A stretch of 64,000 nt of DNA from contig CAVXXK010000001.1 of NCBI GenBank assembly GCA_963765675.1, positions 27,485-91,484 of the forward strand, read 5' to 3'. The DNA comes from an uncultured delta proteobacterium. Its GTDB lineage: Bacteria; Desulfobacterota; Binatia; Binatales; Binataceae. The notes beneath the pieces were generated by a model. It ran no database searches and had not been told where the DNA came from. It saw nothing but the letters and a program-made list of their open reading frames with translations. Positions 35,157 through 45,616 of this stretch are shown here, piece by piece (the stretch's first letter is position 1; every line of letters starts with the position of its first letter). The position numbers and the translations under genes were made by a program.

Positions 35157-35949
35157 ATGACAGCCCCGCACTATGGCGACGTATCGATCGCCGTGAATGA
35201 AACCGACCATGTCGCACTCGCCGAGATTCATCGGCCGCCGCACAACTTTTTCGATCATCAATTGATCAAGGATCTCGCCGACGCGTTCGAAGCCCTCGAC
35301 ACCGACGCCGGATGCCGCGCGATCTTGCTCGCAGCGGAGGGGAAATCATTTTGCGCAGGCGCGGACTTCAGCAAGCGTCAGACGCCCGCGGCCGGCGCCA
35401 CGCCCGCGACCGGGAATCCGCTCTACTCGGAAGCGGTGCGGCTCTTTCGATGCAAGAAGCCTGATAGTCGCGGCGATCCAGGGTGCCGCGATCGGCGGAG
35501 GCTTCGGCCTTGCAATGGCCGCCGACTTTCGCGTCGTCACTGCCGACGCGCGCTTCGCAGCGAACTTCGTCAAGCTCGGAATCCATCCGGGCTTCGGACT
35601 GACCTATACGCTGCCGCGGATTATCGGTATCCAGAAAGCGAATCTGATGTTCTACACCGGGCGCAGGATCAACGGCGAAGAAGCGCTTGCGTGGGGACTC
35701 GCTGATTCGATCGTCGCGCCAGAAAAGCTCCGCGAGACCGCTCGTGCACTCGCCGCCGAAATCGCGGAGAACGCGCCGCTTGCCGTCCTCTCGACGCGCG
35801 CGACGATGTGCGCGGGCCTCGCCGACGCGGTCAAGGCGCAGACCGATATCGAGTTCCGCGAACAGAGCTGGCTGATGCGTACCGAGGACCATCGCGAAGG
35901 CGTCAAGGCTGTCTCCGAGCGCCGCCCCGGCCGCTTCCAGAGCCGCTGA
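35157..35949 (+). pseudogene. Enoyl-CoA hydratase/isomerase family gene with a 1-nt insertion frameshift near 35460-35470 (possible sequencing error)
   Basis: ATG at 35157 with GAGGAA 8 nt upstream. MTAPHYGDVSIAVNETDHVALAEIHRPPHNFFDHQLIKDLADAFEALDTDAGCRAILLAAEGKSFCAGADFSKRQ…RLFRCKKP is followed by junk. The +1 frame continues …IVAAIQGAAIGGGFGLAMAADFRVVTADARFAANFVKLGIHPGFG… (track ORF 35515-35949). Confidence 0.8.
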
Positions 35950-36277
35950 ACGCGCAGAGGCCAAGCGCATCGTCGTTGCTGCTGATGCGTCATTCCTACG
36001 CGGGGCTGCCGCGCAATTGTAAGCGAAGTCTGCAAGTGCTACGAATACGCCATTCCATTGAGGGAGGTGCGTTTGATGGTCCTTGAACATAAAGAACTTG
36101 CGCCCGAATTCCGCGAAGCGCATCTGCCGCCTCGTTGCCGCTGACCATTTCGCGCCATTCGAAGATCGGCTGAGCGTTTCGCGCAGGCCCCGCTGCGTCC
36201 GCGGTACGCGGTTTCGCATCAATGCGCAACCGCTCCGCGCAAGAGAAACGACCGATGATCACGAATGGTGCAGAGAA

Positions 36278-36976
36278 ATGAGCAATCCTTTTCTTGAATT
36301 GAAAGATCGCGAACCGTGGGGGCCTGGATCCTTTGAGATGGCGTTGCCGCTGGTCGAGGATGTGGGAATCGCCGGCGGGATGCGCGTGCTCGAAGTCGGT
36401 GGAGGCTCGGGACAAATCGCCGTCACGCTCGCCAAGCATTGGAACGTCACCGTTTTCACGCTCGAGCCGTGGTTCGGTGGTGAGCAGATCCAGGCGCGGG
36501 CGCAAGCCGCGGGCGTTTTCGACCGCGTGATCGCACTCAAGACTCGTGCGCAGAATCTGCGCTTCGCCGACGCGACGTTCGACGCGGTTATCAGCATCGG
36601 CTCGTTCGAGATGATCGCGGAGGATCGCGCCGCCGCGCTCGCGCAGATGGTCCGAGTCGCGAAACCGGGCGCGCGAATCGGAATCGCGGAGCCGATGTGC
36701 CTGCCAGCGCCGATTCCGGAGGCTGTCCGCGAGCTCGATCGCGTACGGTTCCCCGACGGCCGGGGATTCGAGTTTCACTTCCGCTCGGTGGATTGGAATG
36801 CGGAGCTTTTCGAGCAGGCCGGTCTCAGCGTGATCGAGCGCCGATATTTTCCGGAAGCCGCCAAATGGTGGCGTGAGTACAGCGAGCGTGTTTCCGAAGC
36901 CGAGCGCGCGCTGATCAACGCCGACGCCGGCGGATGGGCGACCCTCGGAATGGTGGTCGGGGAAAATCGAGGTTGA
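36278..36976 (+). CDS. Class I SAM-dependent methyltransferase
   Basis: …MRVLEVGGGSGQIAVTLAKHW… is motif I (E/DxGxGxG). …FDAVISIGSFEMI… is motif II/III. The start is at MSNPFLELKD. Confidence 0.75.
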   Translation: MSNPFLELKDREPWGPGSFEMALPLVEDVGIAGGMRVLEVGGGSGQIAVTLAKHWNVTVFTLEPWFGGEQIQARAQAAGVFDRVIALKTRAQNLRFADATFDAVISIGSFEMIAEDRAAALAQMVRVAKPGARIGIAEPMCLPAPIPEAVRELDRVRFPDGRGFEFHFRSVDWNAELFEQAGLSVIERRYFPEAAKWWREYSERVSEAERALINADAGGWATLGMVVGENRG

Positions 36977-37013
36977 CAAAAGAAACTCGCGGCGAGTCCC
37001 GCCGCGAGTTTCC

Positions 37014-39459
37014 TCAGTTCAGAATCGTGCGTTCCGTGCGCGGGCCTGTCGCAGGCTTTTCTGGCGCAGGCGCGGCGGCTTGCGCGGCGTCGCCATTGAC
37101 CAGCGCGGCGGCCAGGACTTCATCGACGGTGTCGACGAAGATCATTTTCAGCTCGCCACGGACCTCTGCGGGTATGTCCTCGAGGTCGCGCTCGTTTCGA
37201 CGAGGCAGAATGATCGTCTTGATTCCTGCGCGACGTGCCGCGAGCACTTTTTCTTTGACTCCGCCGACCGGCATCACCTTGCCCCGCAGCGTGATCTCGC
37301 CAGTCATCGCGACTTCCGCCCTGATCGGACGGCCGCTCAGGAGCGACGCGAGCGAAGCCGCGAGCGTCACACCAGCGGAGGGACCGTCCTTGGGAATCGC
37401 GCCGGCGGGAACGTGAATGTGGATGTCCGACTTTTCGAAAAAGTCGGCCGGGATTCCAAGTCGCTCGGCGCGCGAGCGCACGTAGGACATCGCGGCCTGC
37501 GCCGATTCCTTCATCACGTCGCCCAGCGACCCGGTCAGCATAAGACCCTTTTGCCCCGCCATCCGGGTGGCTTCGATAAACATGATCTCGCCGCCGTTGG
37601 GCGTCCATGCAAGCCCGGTTGCGACACCGGTTTCGTTGGTGCGTTCGGCGACTTCGGAGAAAAACCGCGGCAGCCCGAGATAGCGCGAGACGTCTTCCGC
37701 CGTGACCTGCGTCGGCATCGCACCGCCTTCGGAGGTGGCGCGTGCGATTTTGCGGCATACGCGCGCGATCTCGCGCTCGAGGTTGCGCAGCCCCGACTCG
37801 CGCGTGTAGCTGCGGATAATCTCGGCGATCGCGCCGGCGGTGAACTCGATCTTCGACTCGCCGAGTCCGTTTTCTTCAAGCTGCTTGCGAATCAGGTGGC
37901 GCTCGGCGATTTGCAGCTTTCTCTTCCTCGGTGTAACCCGGCAGCTCGAGCACTTCCATTCTGTCCCGCAGCGCCGGCGGAATCGGATCGAGCATATTGG
38001 CCGTGGTCAGGAACAGAACCTTCGAGAGATCGAACGGCACATCGAGATAGTGGTCGGAGAACGAATTGTTCTGCTCGGGATCGAGCACTTCGAGCAGCGC
38101 CGAGGCGGGATCGCCTCGGAAATCCATCCCGAGCTTGTCGACCTCGTCAAGGATGAAGAGCGGATTGTTCGAGCCCGCGTTGCGCAGCCCTTGGATAATC
38201 CTGCCGGGCAGCGAGCCGATGTAAGTGCGGCGATGGCCGCGGATCTCGGCTTCGTCGCGGATACCGCCGAGCGACAGGCGCACGAACTTGCGTCCGAGCG
38301 CGCGCGCGATCGATTTGCCCAGCGAAGTTTTGCCGGTTCCCGGGGGGCCGACGAAGCATAGGATCGGACCCTTGGTGTCTTTCTTGAGCTTGCGCACCGC
38401 GAGGAATTCGAGGATGCGCTCCTTAATCTTGTCGAGGTCGTAATGATCCTCGTCGAGCACCTTGCGCGCGTTGGCGATATCGAGGTTGTCCTCGGTCGAG
38501 ACGCTCCACGGCAGGCTCACCAGCCAATCGATATACGTGCGGACGACGGTATGCTCCGCCGATTCGGGCGGGATCATGCGCAGGCGTTCGAGTTCCTTGT
38601 CGGCGGCCTTGCGCGCCTCGGGGGGCATCTTGGCCTCTTCGATTTTCTTCTCCAGCTCGTCGATCTCGCTGGTGCGCGCATCGCCTTCGCCGAGTTCTTT
38701 CTGGATCGCCTTGAGCTGCTGGCGCAGATAGTACTCGCGCTGATTCTTGTTGAGCTCGGTCTGGACCTGCGACTGGATTTTGTGGCCAAGCTCGAGCAGC
38801 TCGATTTCGCGGCCCAGGATAGCGATCAGCTTTTCCAGGCGCGCGCGTACGTCAACCGTGCCGAGCAGATCCTGCGATTCCTCGACCGCGATCTTCAGAT
38901 ACGACGCGACCATGTCGGCCAGCCGCCCCGGCTCGCGAACCTTCATCGCCTGCACCTGCAATTCGTCAGGCAGGTACGGCACGAGCGAAACGAACTTCGA
39001 GAATTGGCTCACCAGATGCGCGTGCAGCGCTTCGATTTCCTTGTCGGGTGCGGATTGATCGACCACGCGGGTCGCGCGCGCGATAAAATATGGCTCGGCC
39101 TGGATATAGTTGGTCAGCTCGATCCGCGCGATTCCCTGCACCAGCACCCGAACGCTCTGATCCGGGTAGCGCAGCATCTTGAGAATCTGCACCGCGGTGC
39201 CGTATTGGAACAGCCCGTCGGCGTGAGGAGATTCCTCTTCGGGATTCTTCTGCGCCGCGAGCGCGATAATCTTTTGCGTCTGTCCGACATCCTCGATCAA
39301 CTTGAGCGAAGACGCGCGAGAGACCAAAAACGGATGAATCTGGTTAGGAAAGATTACGATACCGCGCAGCGGCAGTACCGCCAGGACATCGGGGATCTCA
39401 ACCTTGCTGAGATCTTCCTCGATATCGAAACCTTTTTCCCCTTTGGGTTTATCCGCCAT
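37014..39459 (-). pseudogene. lon: ATP-dependent Lon protease, frame interrupted by a 1-nt insertion in an A/T triplet at ~37915-37923 (almost certainly a sequencing error)
   Basis: The LON N-domain plus AAA+ domain (…CFVGPPGTGKTSLGKSIARALGRKFVRLSLGG…, …LFILDEVDKLG…) runs to …PGYTEEEKA and then junk. The C-terminal proteolytic domain (…[58 protein letters not shown]…, catalytic Ser-Lys) is in the +1 frame (track ORF 37014-37718). Removing one A of GAGAAAGCTG restores …[22 protein letters not shown]…. Confidence 0.85.
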
Positions 39460-39609
39460 AGGACGATTGAAACCTCATTCAGGAGGGGACGCCGCCGCCC
39501 GTCGCTTCCACCCAATCCACATTTTACCGTAGTATATGGATGCCGGGCAGACAAGGTAGCCTCTCTTTATTTGAAGGTAACCACGGTTTATTCCGGCGCC
39601 ACTGGCGAG

Positions 39610-40041
39610 GTGATCTTGTCCAAATCCCGGTTCGAAAAGCTTTTCAGCCCCGACGAAGCGAACCATCTCATCCCGCGGCTCGAGATCATCATGCGCGACC
39701 TCCAGCTCATGGCGAATTTCGTCCGCGCACGTATCAACGAGCTTGCAACCGAGGATCCCGACCTGCTCAACCATACGCTGCCGGAGATCGTCGAGCTTCA
39801 TCCCGACCTCGACGAGCCGAGCACGCGGATGGCGCAGGCGGTGGAGCAGATCGAGGAGCTCGGGTGCTTTCTCAAGGATATCGATCAGGGCCTGGTCGAT
39901 TTCCCGTTCGACAACGGCGAGGAAGTGGTCTTCCTGTGCTGGCAGTTCGGTGAGCAGAGCGTGATCGCATGGCATCCGATCGAAGGCGGCTTCGAGGGCC
40001 GGCGTCCGCTGCCGGGCGCGCCCAAGCCGTGGCTCAACTAA
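39610..40041 (+). CDS. DUF2203-like protein
   Basis: GTG at 39610 (or TTG at 39616), preceded by GGCGAGG. …SKSRFEKLFSPDEANHLIPRLEIIMRDLQ…ELGCFLKDIDQGLVDFPFDNGEEVVFLCWQFGEQSVIAWHPIEGGFEGRRPL… The upstream ~390 codons of the track ORF are antisense lon. Confidence 0.5.
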   Translation: MILSKSRFEKLFSPDEANHLIPRLEIIMRDLQLMANFVRARINELATEDPDLLNHTLPEIVELHPDLDEPSTRMAQAVEQIEELGCFLKDIDQGLVDFPFDNGEEVVFLCWQFGEQSVIAWHPIEGGFEGRRPLPGAPKPWLN

Positions 40042-40099
40042 GTCGGTAGCTAAGTCTCGATGCTCCGCGCGGCGAAATGCGCGGGCGGAAATATCAATC

Positions 40100-40567
40100 A
40101 TGATTGCACTCTTCGTCTATCTGGTCGCGATCGCATGCTGGCTTGGCGGAATTGTGTTCTTTTCGTTCTTCACGGCACCGGTCATCTTCACCCAGCTCCC
40201 GATCGCGGAGGCCGGCAAGGTCGTGCACACGATCTTTCCGCGCTACTACGCGCTGGGTTACGTCGCGGGGACGATCGCGCTGGCGCTGGCAATCTACTTC
40301 ACGGCGGTTCGCGATTCACGGCTATGGTGGGGCTTAAGCGTCGTGGCGCTCGTGCTTGCGCTGGGACTCACGTTCTATGCGGGCGCGGTCGTGCGGCCGC
40401 GAGTTGACGCGATCCGCGGCGTCGCCGAAGAGCAGAACCCCGATCCCACGCGCAAGGCGGAGTTCGATCATCTGCATCACCTGTCGGTTTACCTGAACGG
40501 CGCGGTGCTGCTGCTCAATCTCGCCGCGCTGGTTGCGACAGCAGAGGCGCTGACTCGCCGTGGCTGA
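40100..40567 (+). CDS. DUF4149-like integral membrane protein
   Basis: 155 aa, 4 TM helices. …WLGGIVFFSFFTAPVIFTQLPIAEAGKVVHTIFPRYYALGYV…. Confidence 0.5.
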   Translation: MIALFVYLVAIACWLGGIVFFSFFTAPVIFTQLPIAEAGKVVHTIFPRYYALGYVAGTIALALAIYFTAVRDSRLWWGLSVVALVLALGLTFYAGAVVRPRVDAIRGVAEEQNPDPTRKAEFDHLHHLSVYLNGAVLLLNLAALVATAEALTRRG

Positions 40568-41315
40568 CCCGCGCTTCAAGGCTATCGTCCTGGACCTGTT
40601 CGATACGCTCGTCACGTGGAACCCCGCGTTGCTGCCGATGGTGAATTGGCGCGGACGTGAGTTCCGCAGCACCACCCCTCTGTTGTATCCGATCCTCGAA
40701 GATTCGCTCGGTGCGCGCTTTGACCGCGAGGCGTTCATGGACGCGCACAGCAAAGTGTACGAGGAGATTTTCGACGCACGCTCGCGCGACGAGATCGAAA
40801 TCTCGTGCCTGGATCGCTTTACGCGCACGCTCGTGCGAACCGGCGTCGAGCCTGCTCTCGCCGCTCCTCTTGCCGAGCGCCTGCGCCGCACGCATATGGC
40901 GCGCGTGCGCGAAGTCACCGCCGCGCCCGCCGCGCGACTGGAAGCGGTGCGCAGGCTGCACAAGCATTACCGGCTCGGCCTGCTCTCGAACTTCGACGAC
41001 GCCGCGACCGGCCACGAAATCATGCACGACACCGGAATTCGCGAGCTGTTCGACGTCGTCGTCATCTCGGCCGAGCTGGGCCTGCGCAAACCGCATCGCG
41101 ATATCTTTCGCCACACGCTCGACGCGCTGGGGCTGAAGCCCAGCGAGATCCTGTTCGTCGGCGACACGCCGCACGAAGACGTTCTCGGGGCCAAGCGGAT
41201 GGGAATCCATGTCGCGTGGATCAACAAGCATGGCAAACCGTTTCCAGAAGGAATCGGTGTGCCCGAAATTGAAATCGGCGACCTGACCGAGCTGCCGGAG
41301 CGACTCGGATGCTGA
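40560..41315 (+). CDS. HAD-superfamily hydrolase (subfamily IA)
   Basis: …FKAIVLDLFDTLVTW… is motif I (DxD). …GLLSNFD… is motif II. …KPHRDIFRHTLDALGLKPSEILFVGDTPHEDVLGAKRMG… covers motifs III/IV. Confidence 0.85.
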   Translation: MADPRFKAIVLDLFDTLVTWNPALLPMVNWRGREFRSTTPLLYPILEDSLGARFDREAFMDAHSKVYEEIFDARSRDEIEISCLDRFTRTLVRTGVEPALAAPLAERLRRTHMARVREVTAAPAARLEAVRRLHKHYRLGLLSNFDDAATGHEIMHDTGIRELFDVVVISAELGLRKPHRDIFRHTLDALGLKPSEILFVGDTPHEDVLGAKRMGIHVAWINKHGKPFPEGIGVPEIEIGDLTELPERLGC

Positions 41316-41333
41316 CGCGGCGCTGAAATCGCG

Positions 41334-41744
41334 ATGTCCGCAAAAGATCGCAAAGCCTCTTTCGAGTCGATCGAGCGCGCGCCCTTCGCCGCGATACTCG
41401 CGCTGCGGATCGAATCGTCCGAGGACGGCGTGGTAGTCGCGCGGATGCCGTTTCGTCCGGCGATTCTGAATCCCGGCGGCCCGTCGGCACCCGTTCATGG
41501 CGGCGCGATCGCGACACTCGCTGATTTTGCGGCGTGCGCTGCGGCCTGGACGCTCGAGCAGACGGTGCGCAGCGCAACAATCGCGATGTCGATAAATTTC
41601 ACCGGCCCCGCGATCCAGAGCGATCTCATCGCGCGCGCGACAGTGAAACGCGCGGGCAGACGTATCGCGAGTATCGCGGTCGAAATTCGCGACAGCACGG
41701 ACGCGCTGATTGCCGACGCGCTCGTGACCTACAAAATCAGCTAG
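41334..41744 (+). CDS. PaaI/YbgC-type hotdog-fold thioesterase
   Basis: …NPGGPSAPVHGGAIATLADFAACAAAW…. Confidence 0.75.
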   Translation: MSAKDRKASFESIERAPFAAILALRIESSEDGVVVARMPFRPAILNPGGPSAPVHGGAIATLADFAACAAAWTLEQTVRSATIAMSINFTGPAIQSDLIARATVKRAGRRIASIAVEIRDSTDALIADALVTYKIS

Positions 41745-41745
41745 G

Positions 41746-42516
41746 GTGACAATGCCCGCTGCGATAATTATCGAGAAGATCCGCCGCGCCGGCGCGCCCT
41801 ACGGACTCAACCTTGTCGCGACCGCCGCGGTCGAGCGCTATGACGCCGCGGTAACAGAACCCTATCGCGCGCGCGCAATCGCTCCAGACGCGCGCACGAT
41901 CATCGTGGTCGCCAATGGCGGCGGTGAATTATGGGCCGCGCTGAAGCGCCACGCCGACAGCCATCCCGGATGGTGGCAGCGCGCCAATCCGCTCGACGAC
42001 TTCACGCACGAGATAGTCGAGCACGAGATCGCACCCGCCGCACGCGCCGGCGGCGCAAACGTGCGCATCGTTTATCCATTCATGAACAACGCCGCGACGC
42101 TTAATTTTATCGAGCTCGGAAAAGCCGCAGGCCTTGCCGGGCCGAGCATCCTTGGCGTCGTCGTGCATCCGGTATACGGACCGTGGATCGCGTTTCGCGC
42201 GGCAATCCTGATCGATCAATCGATCGACGCGCCGGGTGCCGCGGTCGCGTTCGATCCCTGCCCCTCGTGCACCGTGCGCAGTTGCATTCCCGCCTGCCCG
42301 GTTGGCGCGGTCGCGTTTCCAACCGGATGGGACATCCCCAGATGCCTAACGCATCGCGTCGAAGACGAACCCGACTGCGCGCCGCGATGCCACGCGCGCG
42401 CGGGATGCGTGCTCGGCCCCGAGCATCGCTATCCCGACGACGAACTCGCCCATCATCAAGCGCGCGCCCTGCGCGCGATGCGCCCGTGGTACGAGAAGAA
42501 CGTGAAGCCGAAGTAA
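41746..42516 (+). CDS. Putative Fe-S cluster-binding protein (Cys-rich ferredoxin-like C-terminal region)
   Basis: …DPCPSCTVRSCIPACPVGAV…CLTHRVEDEPDCAPRCHARAGC… are cysteine clusters. Function unknown. Confidence 0.4.
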   Translation: MTMPAAIIIEKIRRAGAPYGLNLVATAAVERYDAAVTEPYRARAIAPDARTIIVVANGGGELWAALKRHADSHPGWWQRANPLDDFTHEIVEHEIAPAARAGGANVRIVYPFMNNAATLNFIELGKAAGLAGPSILGVVVHPVYGPWIAFRAAILIDQSIDAPGAAVAFDPCPSCTVRSCIPACPVGAVAFPTGWDIPRCLTHRVEDEPDCAPRCHARAGCVLGPEHRYPDDELAHHQARALRAMRPWYEKNVKPK

Positions 42517-42556
42517 AACAAAACCCAACCGGCCACAAAGACACCAAGACACGAAG
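42513..42556 (+). repeat. Left inverted repeat flanking the GxxExxY gene
   Basis: GTAAAACAAAACCCAACCGGCCACAAAGACACCAAGACACGAAG. The reverse complement of 42964-43013 (CTTCGTGTCTTTGTGTCTTAGTGGCCGCCCGG…TTGTTTTTTAC) matches it with few mismatches. Confidence 0.75.
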
Positions 42557-42952
42557 ATGAAAGGGTTTGATCCGATTCCTGCCGCGACCGAAGAGGCTGC
42601 TGCCATCGTGATCGACGCTGCCTTTGCCGTTCACCGCTCACTTGGACCGGGATTGTTGGAATCGATCTATGAGGCATGCCTGGCGCACGAGCTCTTTCTC
42701 AGACACATTCCGTTTCAAACGCAGGTCTCGCTTCCGATTCAATACAAAGACCTGAAATTGGAAAGTGCGCTCAGATTGGATCTTTTGGTGGCGGATTCTC
42801 TCGTCGTCGAACTGAAGGCGACCGAGAGAATGTTGCCCCTATATAAAGCGCAACTGCTGACCTATCTAAAGCTATCGGGACTCAGGCTCGGTCTCCTGAT
42901 CAATTTCAATGTCGGTATAATCAAAGAAGGAATTAAACGAATCGTGCGTTAG
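42557..42952 (+). CDS. GxxExxY family protein (PDDEXK-like nuclease fold)
   Basis: …AAAIVIDAAFAVHRSLGPGLLESIYEACLAHELFLRHIPFQTQVSLPIQYKDLKLESALRLDLLVADSLVVELKATERMLPLYKAQLLTYLKLSGLRLGLLINFN… carries the eponymous G-x-x-E-x-x-Y. The stop overlaps the palindrome CGTGC-GTTA-GCACG. Confidence 0.8.
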   Translation: MKGFDPIPAATEEAAAIVIDAAFAVHRSLGPGLLESIYEACLAHELFLRHIPFQTQVSLPIQYKDLKLESALRLDLLVADSLVVELKATERMLPLYKAQLLTYLKLSGLRLGLLINFNVGIIKEGIKRIVR

Positions 42953-42963
42953 CACGATTCGCC

Positions 42964-43013
42964 TTCGTGTCTTTGTGTCTTAGTGGCCGCCCGGTCTTCG
43001 TCTTGTTTTTTAC
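42964..43013 (+). repeat. Right inverted repeat flanking the GxxExxY gene
   Basis: See 42513-42556. Its 3' end overlaps the hemB stop codon. Confidence 0.75.
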
Positions 43014-43984
43014 CGCCCGAGCTTGCGCGCCACTTCCTTCGCGAAGTAGGTCAGGATCAAATCCGCGCCGGCGCGGCGGATGCTGGTCAGCACTTCCATT
43101 GTCGCGCGCTCTTCGTCGATCCAACCGTTGATTCCCGCCGCTTTGATCATCGAGTACTCCCCCGAGACGTTGTACGCCGCAACCGGAACATTGAATTTCT
43201 GCTTCACCCGCCAGATCAGATCGAGATACGGCAGAGCCGGCTTGACCATCACGATATCGGCGCCCTCCTCGAGATCGAGCGCGACCTCGCGCAGCGCCTC
43301 ATCGCCGTTTGGCGGATCCATCTGGTATGAGCGGCGATCACCGAACTGCGGGGCCGAATCGGCCGCATCACGAAACGGACCATAGAAAGCCGATGCGAAC
43401 TTCGCTGAGTACGCCATTATCGCGACATGCGCGAAGCCGTTTTCATCCAGCGCGCGGCGAATCGCGCCGACGCGCCCGTCCATCATATCCGACGGCGCGA
43501 CGATATCGGCGCCGGCGCGCGCGTGCGAAAGCGCTTCGCGCACGAGCAGCTCGAGGGTCGCGTCGTTATCGACGTCGCCGCCTTTGACCGCGCCGCAATG
43601 CCCGTGGTCGGTGTATTCGCACATGCATACGTCGGTGATAACCGCGAGTGCGGGGACGCGTTCCTTGACTTCGCGAATCGCGCGCTGCACTTCGCCGTCG
43701 TCGTTCCACGCCTCGCTGCCGATCGCATCTTTACGCTCCGGGATTCCGAACAGGATCAGCGCGGGCACGCCGGCCGCGTGAAGCTCGCGCGCCTCGGCGA
43801 CAATATTGTCCACCGACATCTGCGCGACTCCCGGCATCGAGGGGATCGGCCGCTTGATTCCGCGGCCGGGGCATACGAAGAGCGGCTGGATCAGGTTGTC
43901 GGCGGCGAGCCGCGTCTCCCGCGTCATCCTGCGCAGCGTTTCGGTGCGCCGCAGGCGCCTTGGGCGATTTATCGGAAATGCCAT
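43010..43984 (-). CDS. hemB: Porphobilinogen synthase (delta-aminolevulinic acid dehydratase)
   Basis: …[20 protein letters not shown]…[17 protein letters not shown]… is the active-site Lys/zinc-Cys region. Confidence 0.92.
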   Translation of the reverse strand: MAFPINRPRRLRRTETLRRMTRETRLAADNLIQPLFVCPGRGIKRPIPSMPGVAQMSVDNIVAEARELHAAGVPALILFGIPERKDAIGSEAWNDDGEVQRAIREVKERVPALAVITDVCMCEYTDHGHCGAVKGGDVDNDATLELLVREALSHARAGADIVAPSDMMDGRVGAIRRALDENGFAHVAIMAYSAKFASAFYGPFRDAADSAPQFGDRRSYQMDPPNGDEALREVALDLEEGADIVMVKPALPYLDLIWRVKQKFNVPVAAYNVSGEYSMIKAAGINGWIDEERATMEVLTSIRRAGADLILTYFAKEVARKLGR

Positions 43985-44041
43985 TTTTGAACTGACCCCG
44001 CTTGCGAACCCAGCGGACGGATTATATCGCGCGCGCGAGTC

Positions 44042-45616
44042 TTAAAAAGCCCCGCGGGCTCGCGGCCTGGCCGCGGTTTCGTAGTGTTCGCGAATCGCCC
44101 CGATCAACGCCGGAACCGTGTATTCCGAGGGCTGCACCACAACTTTGAACCCGCGCGCGACCGCGGTCGCCGCCGTGATTGGACCGATCACCGCAGCGTT
44201 GAGTCCGCGAGCAGAGGCGCCGACCAGGTCGCAAAAATTCTCGACCGTGCTCGAGCTTGTGAATGCGACGAGATCGATCTCTCCGGCCGCCACCATCGCG
44301 CGGATCCTCGCGGACTGCGCGCCCGATGGTTTGACTGTGCGATAGACTGGCGCAACTTCTACCATGCGCGCGCCCTGCTCGAGCAGAATTTTCGGCAGAA
44401 TCTCACGCGCTACCTGCGCGCGCGGAATCAGGATACTCGCACCGCGAATCCGGCGCGCGCCGATCGCCGGGATAATCGCCTCGGCGCGGTACTCGGACGG
44501 CACCGCCGCGACGCGCAGCGCGTAATGCTCGAGCGCGCGCGCCGTCGCGGGACCGATCGCGCACAGGCGCGCACGTCCGAGGCCGCGCAGATCGTGGCCG
44601 AGCGCGCGCAGGCGCGCGACGAAGCCATCGACCCCGGTCGCACTGGTGAAGATCACCCAGTCGAATTTCTCGATCTTGGCGATCGCGCGGTCCAGCGCGG
44701 AGTAGCTTGACGGTTCCGCAGTGGCGATAGTGGGAAACTCGATCGCGTCAGCTCCGAGGGCGCGCAACTCCATCGCGAATGCGCCGCCGTGGGCGCGCGA
44801 CCGCGTCACAACGATCCGCCGACCGAACAGCGGCATCTTCTCGAACCATCCGAGCTCGCCGCGCAGCGCGGCGCATTCGCCCACAACCAGGACGGCCGGT
44901 GCGCCGAGCTTTGCGCGTTCGCATTCAGCCGCCAGCGTCTTGAGAGTCGCCAGTACCGTCGCCTGCGCGGCGGTCGTGCCCCACTGGACGGCGGCGGCGG
45001 GTGTCGCGTCGGGAAGGCCTGCGGCTGAGAGGCGTGCAAGCACTGAGCGCATCCGCGAGGTGGCCATCAGGATAACGATCGTCCCGCGATTTTTCGCCGC
45101 GCGCGCCAGATCGGTCCACGGTATCGAGCCGCGCGCCGTCTTCGACTCGTCCTCGTGTCCCGTGACGAACGCGACGAACGAACCTAACCGGCGATGCGTC
45201 AGCGGGATACCCGCGAATGCGGGCGCGGCAATCGCGGACGTGATTCCGGGAACGATCTCGAATTTCACTCCGGCTTTCGCAAGCGCCTGCGCCTCTTCAC
45301 CGCCGCGGCCGAAGATAAACGGATCGCCGCCTTTGAGCCGCACGACCTGATGTCCCTTGCGCGCACGCTCGATAAGCATCCGGTTGATTTCGGCCTGCTC
45401 GACAATTTCTCCGCCACCGCTCTTCTTTCCGGCGTAAATCAATTCCGCGCCGGAGGGCGCGAGTTCGAGCAATTCGGGATTCACCAGATTGTCGTACAGA
45501 ACCACCTCGGCGCGCCCGAGGCACTGCGCGCCGCGAACGGTTATCAGGTCCGGCGCGCCGGGTCCGGCGCCAACCAGATATACTGTGCCGGCGCGCGCGC
45601 TCCCGCGCTCACTCAT
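44042..45616 (-). CDS. Bifunctional uroporphyrinogen-III C-methyltransferase / uroporphyrinogen-III synthase (CobA-HemD fusion)
   Basis: N-terminal …VYLVGAGPGAPDLITVRGAQCLGRAEVVLYD…VVRLKGGDPFIFGRGGEE… is a SUMT. The C-terminal ~250 aa have the HemD fold. Confidence 0.88.
   Translation of the reverse strand: MSERGSARAGTVYLVGAGPGAPDLITVRGAQCLGRAEVVLYDNLVNPELLELAPSGAELIYAGKKSGGGEIVEQAEINRMLIERARKGHQVVRLKGGDPFIFGRGGEEAQALAKAGVKFEIVPGITSAIAAPAFAGIPLTHRRLGSFVAFVTGHEDESKTARGSIPWTDLARAAKNRGTIVILMATSRMRSVLARLSAAGLPDATPAAAVQWGTTAAQATVLATLKTLAAECERAKLGAPAVLVVGECAALRGELGWFEKMPLFGRRIVVTRSRAHGGAFAMELRALGADAIEFPTIATAEPSSYSALDRAIAKIEKFDWVIFTSATGVDGFVARLRALGHDLRGLGRARLCAIGPATARALEHYALRVAAVPSEYRAEAIIPAIGARRIRGASILIPRAQVAREILPKILLEQGARMVEVAPVYRTVKPSGAQSARIRAMVAAGEIDLVAFTSSSTVENFCDLVGASARGLNAAVIGPITAATAVARGFKVVVQPSEYTVPALIGAIREHYETAARPRARGAF

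Noticed and set aside
34659-35705. 348-aa +strand ORF
   Set aside because: Its 5' half is antisense to the crotonase at 34296-35048. The real gene starts at 35157 with an RBS and is frameshifted at ~35465, so the ORF tail is out of frame.
35368-36222. 284-aa minus-strand ORF, and 46744-48123 + (459 aa), 9555-10289 -, 9590-10291 +, 5227-6120 -, 5919-6818 -
   Set aside because: These are high-GC shadow ORFs with Arg/Ala-rich low-complexity translations. They are antisense to well-supported genes (crotonase/MTase, hemA, MFS, VWA/GNAT).
38443-40041. 532-aa +strand ORF
   Set aside because: The first ~390 codons are antisense to lon (repetitive Leu/Arg-rich junk with no start context). Only the last ~143 codons (39610-40041) look like a real DUF2203-like gene.
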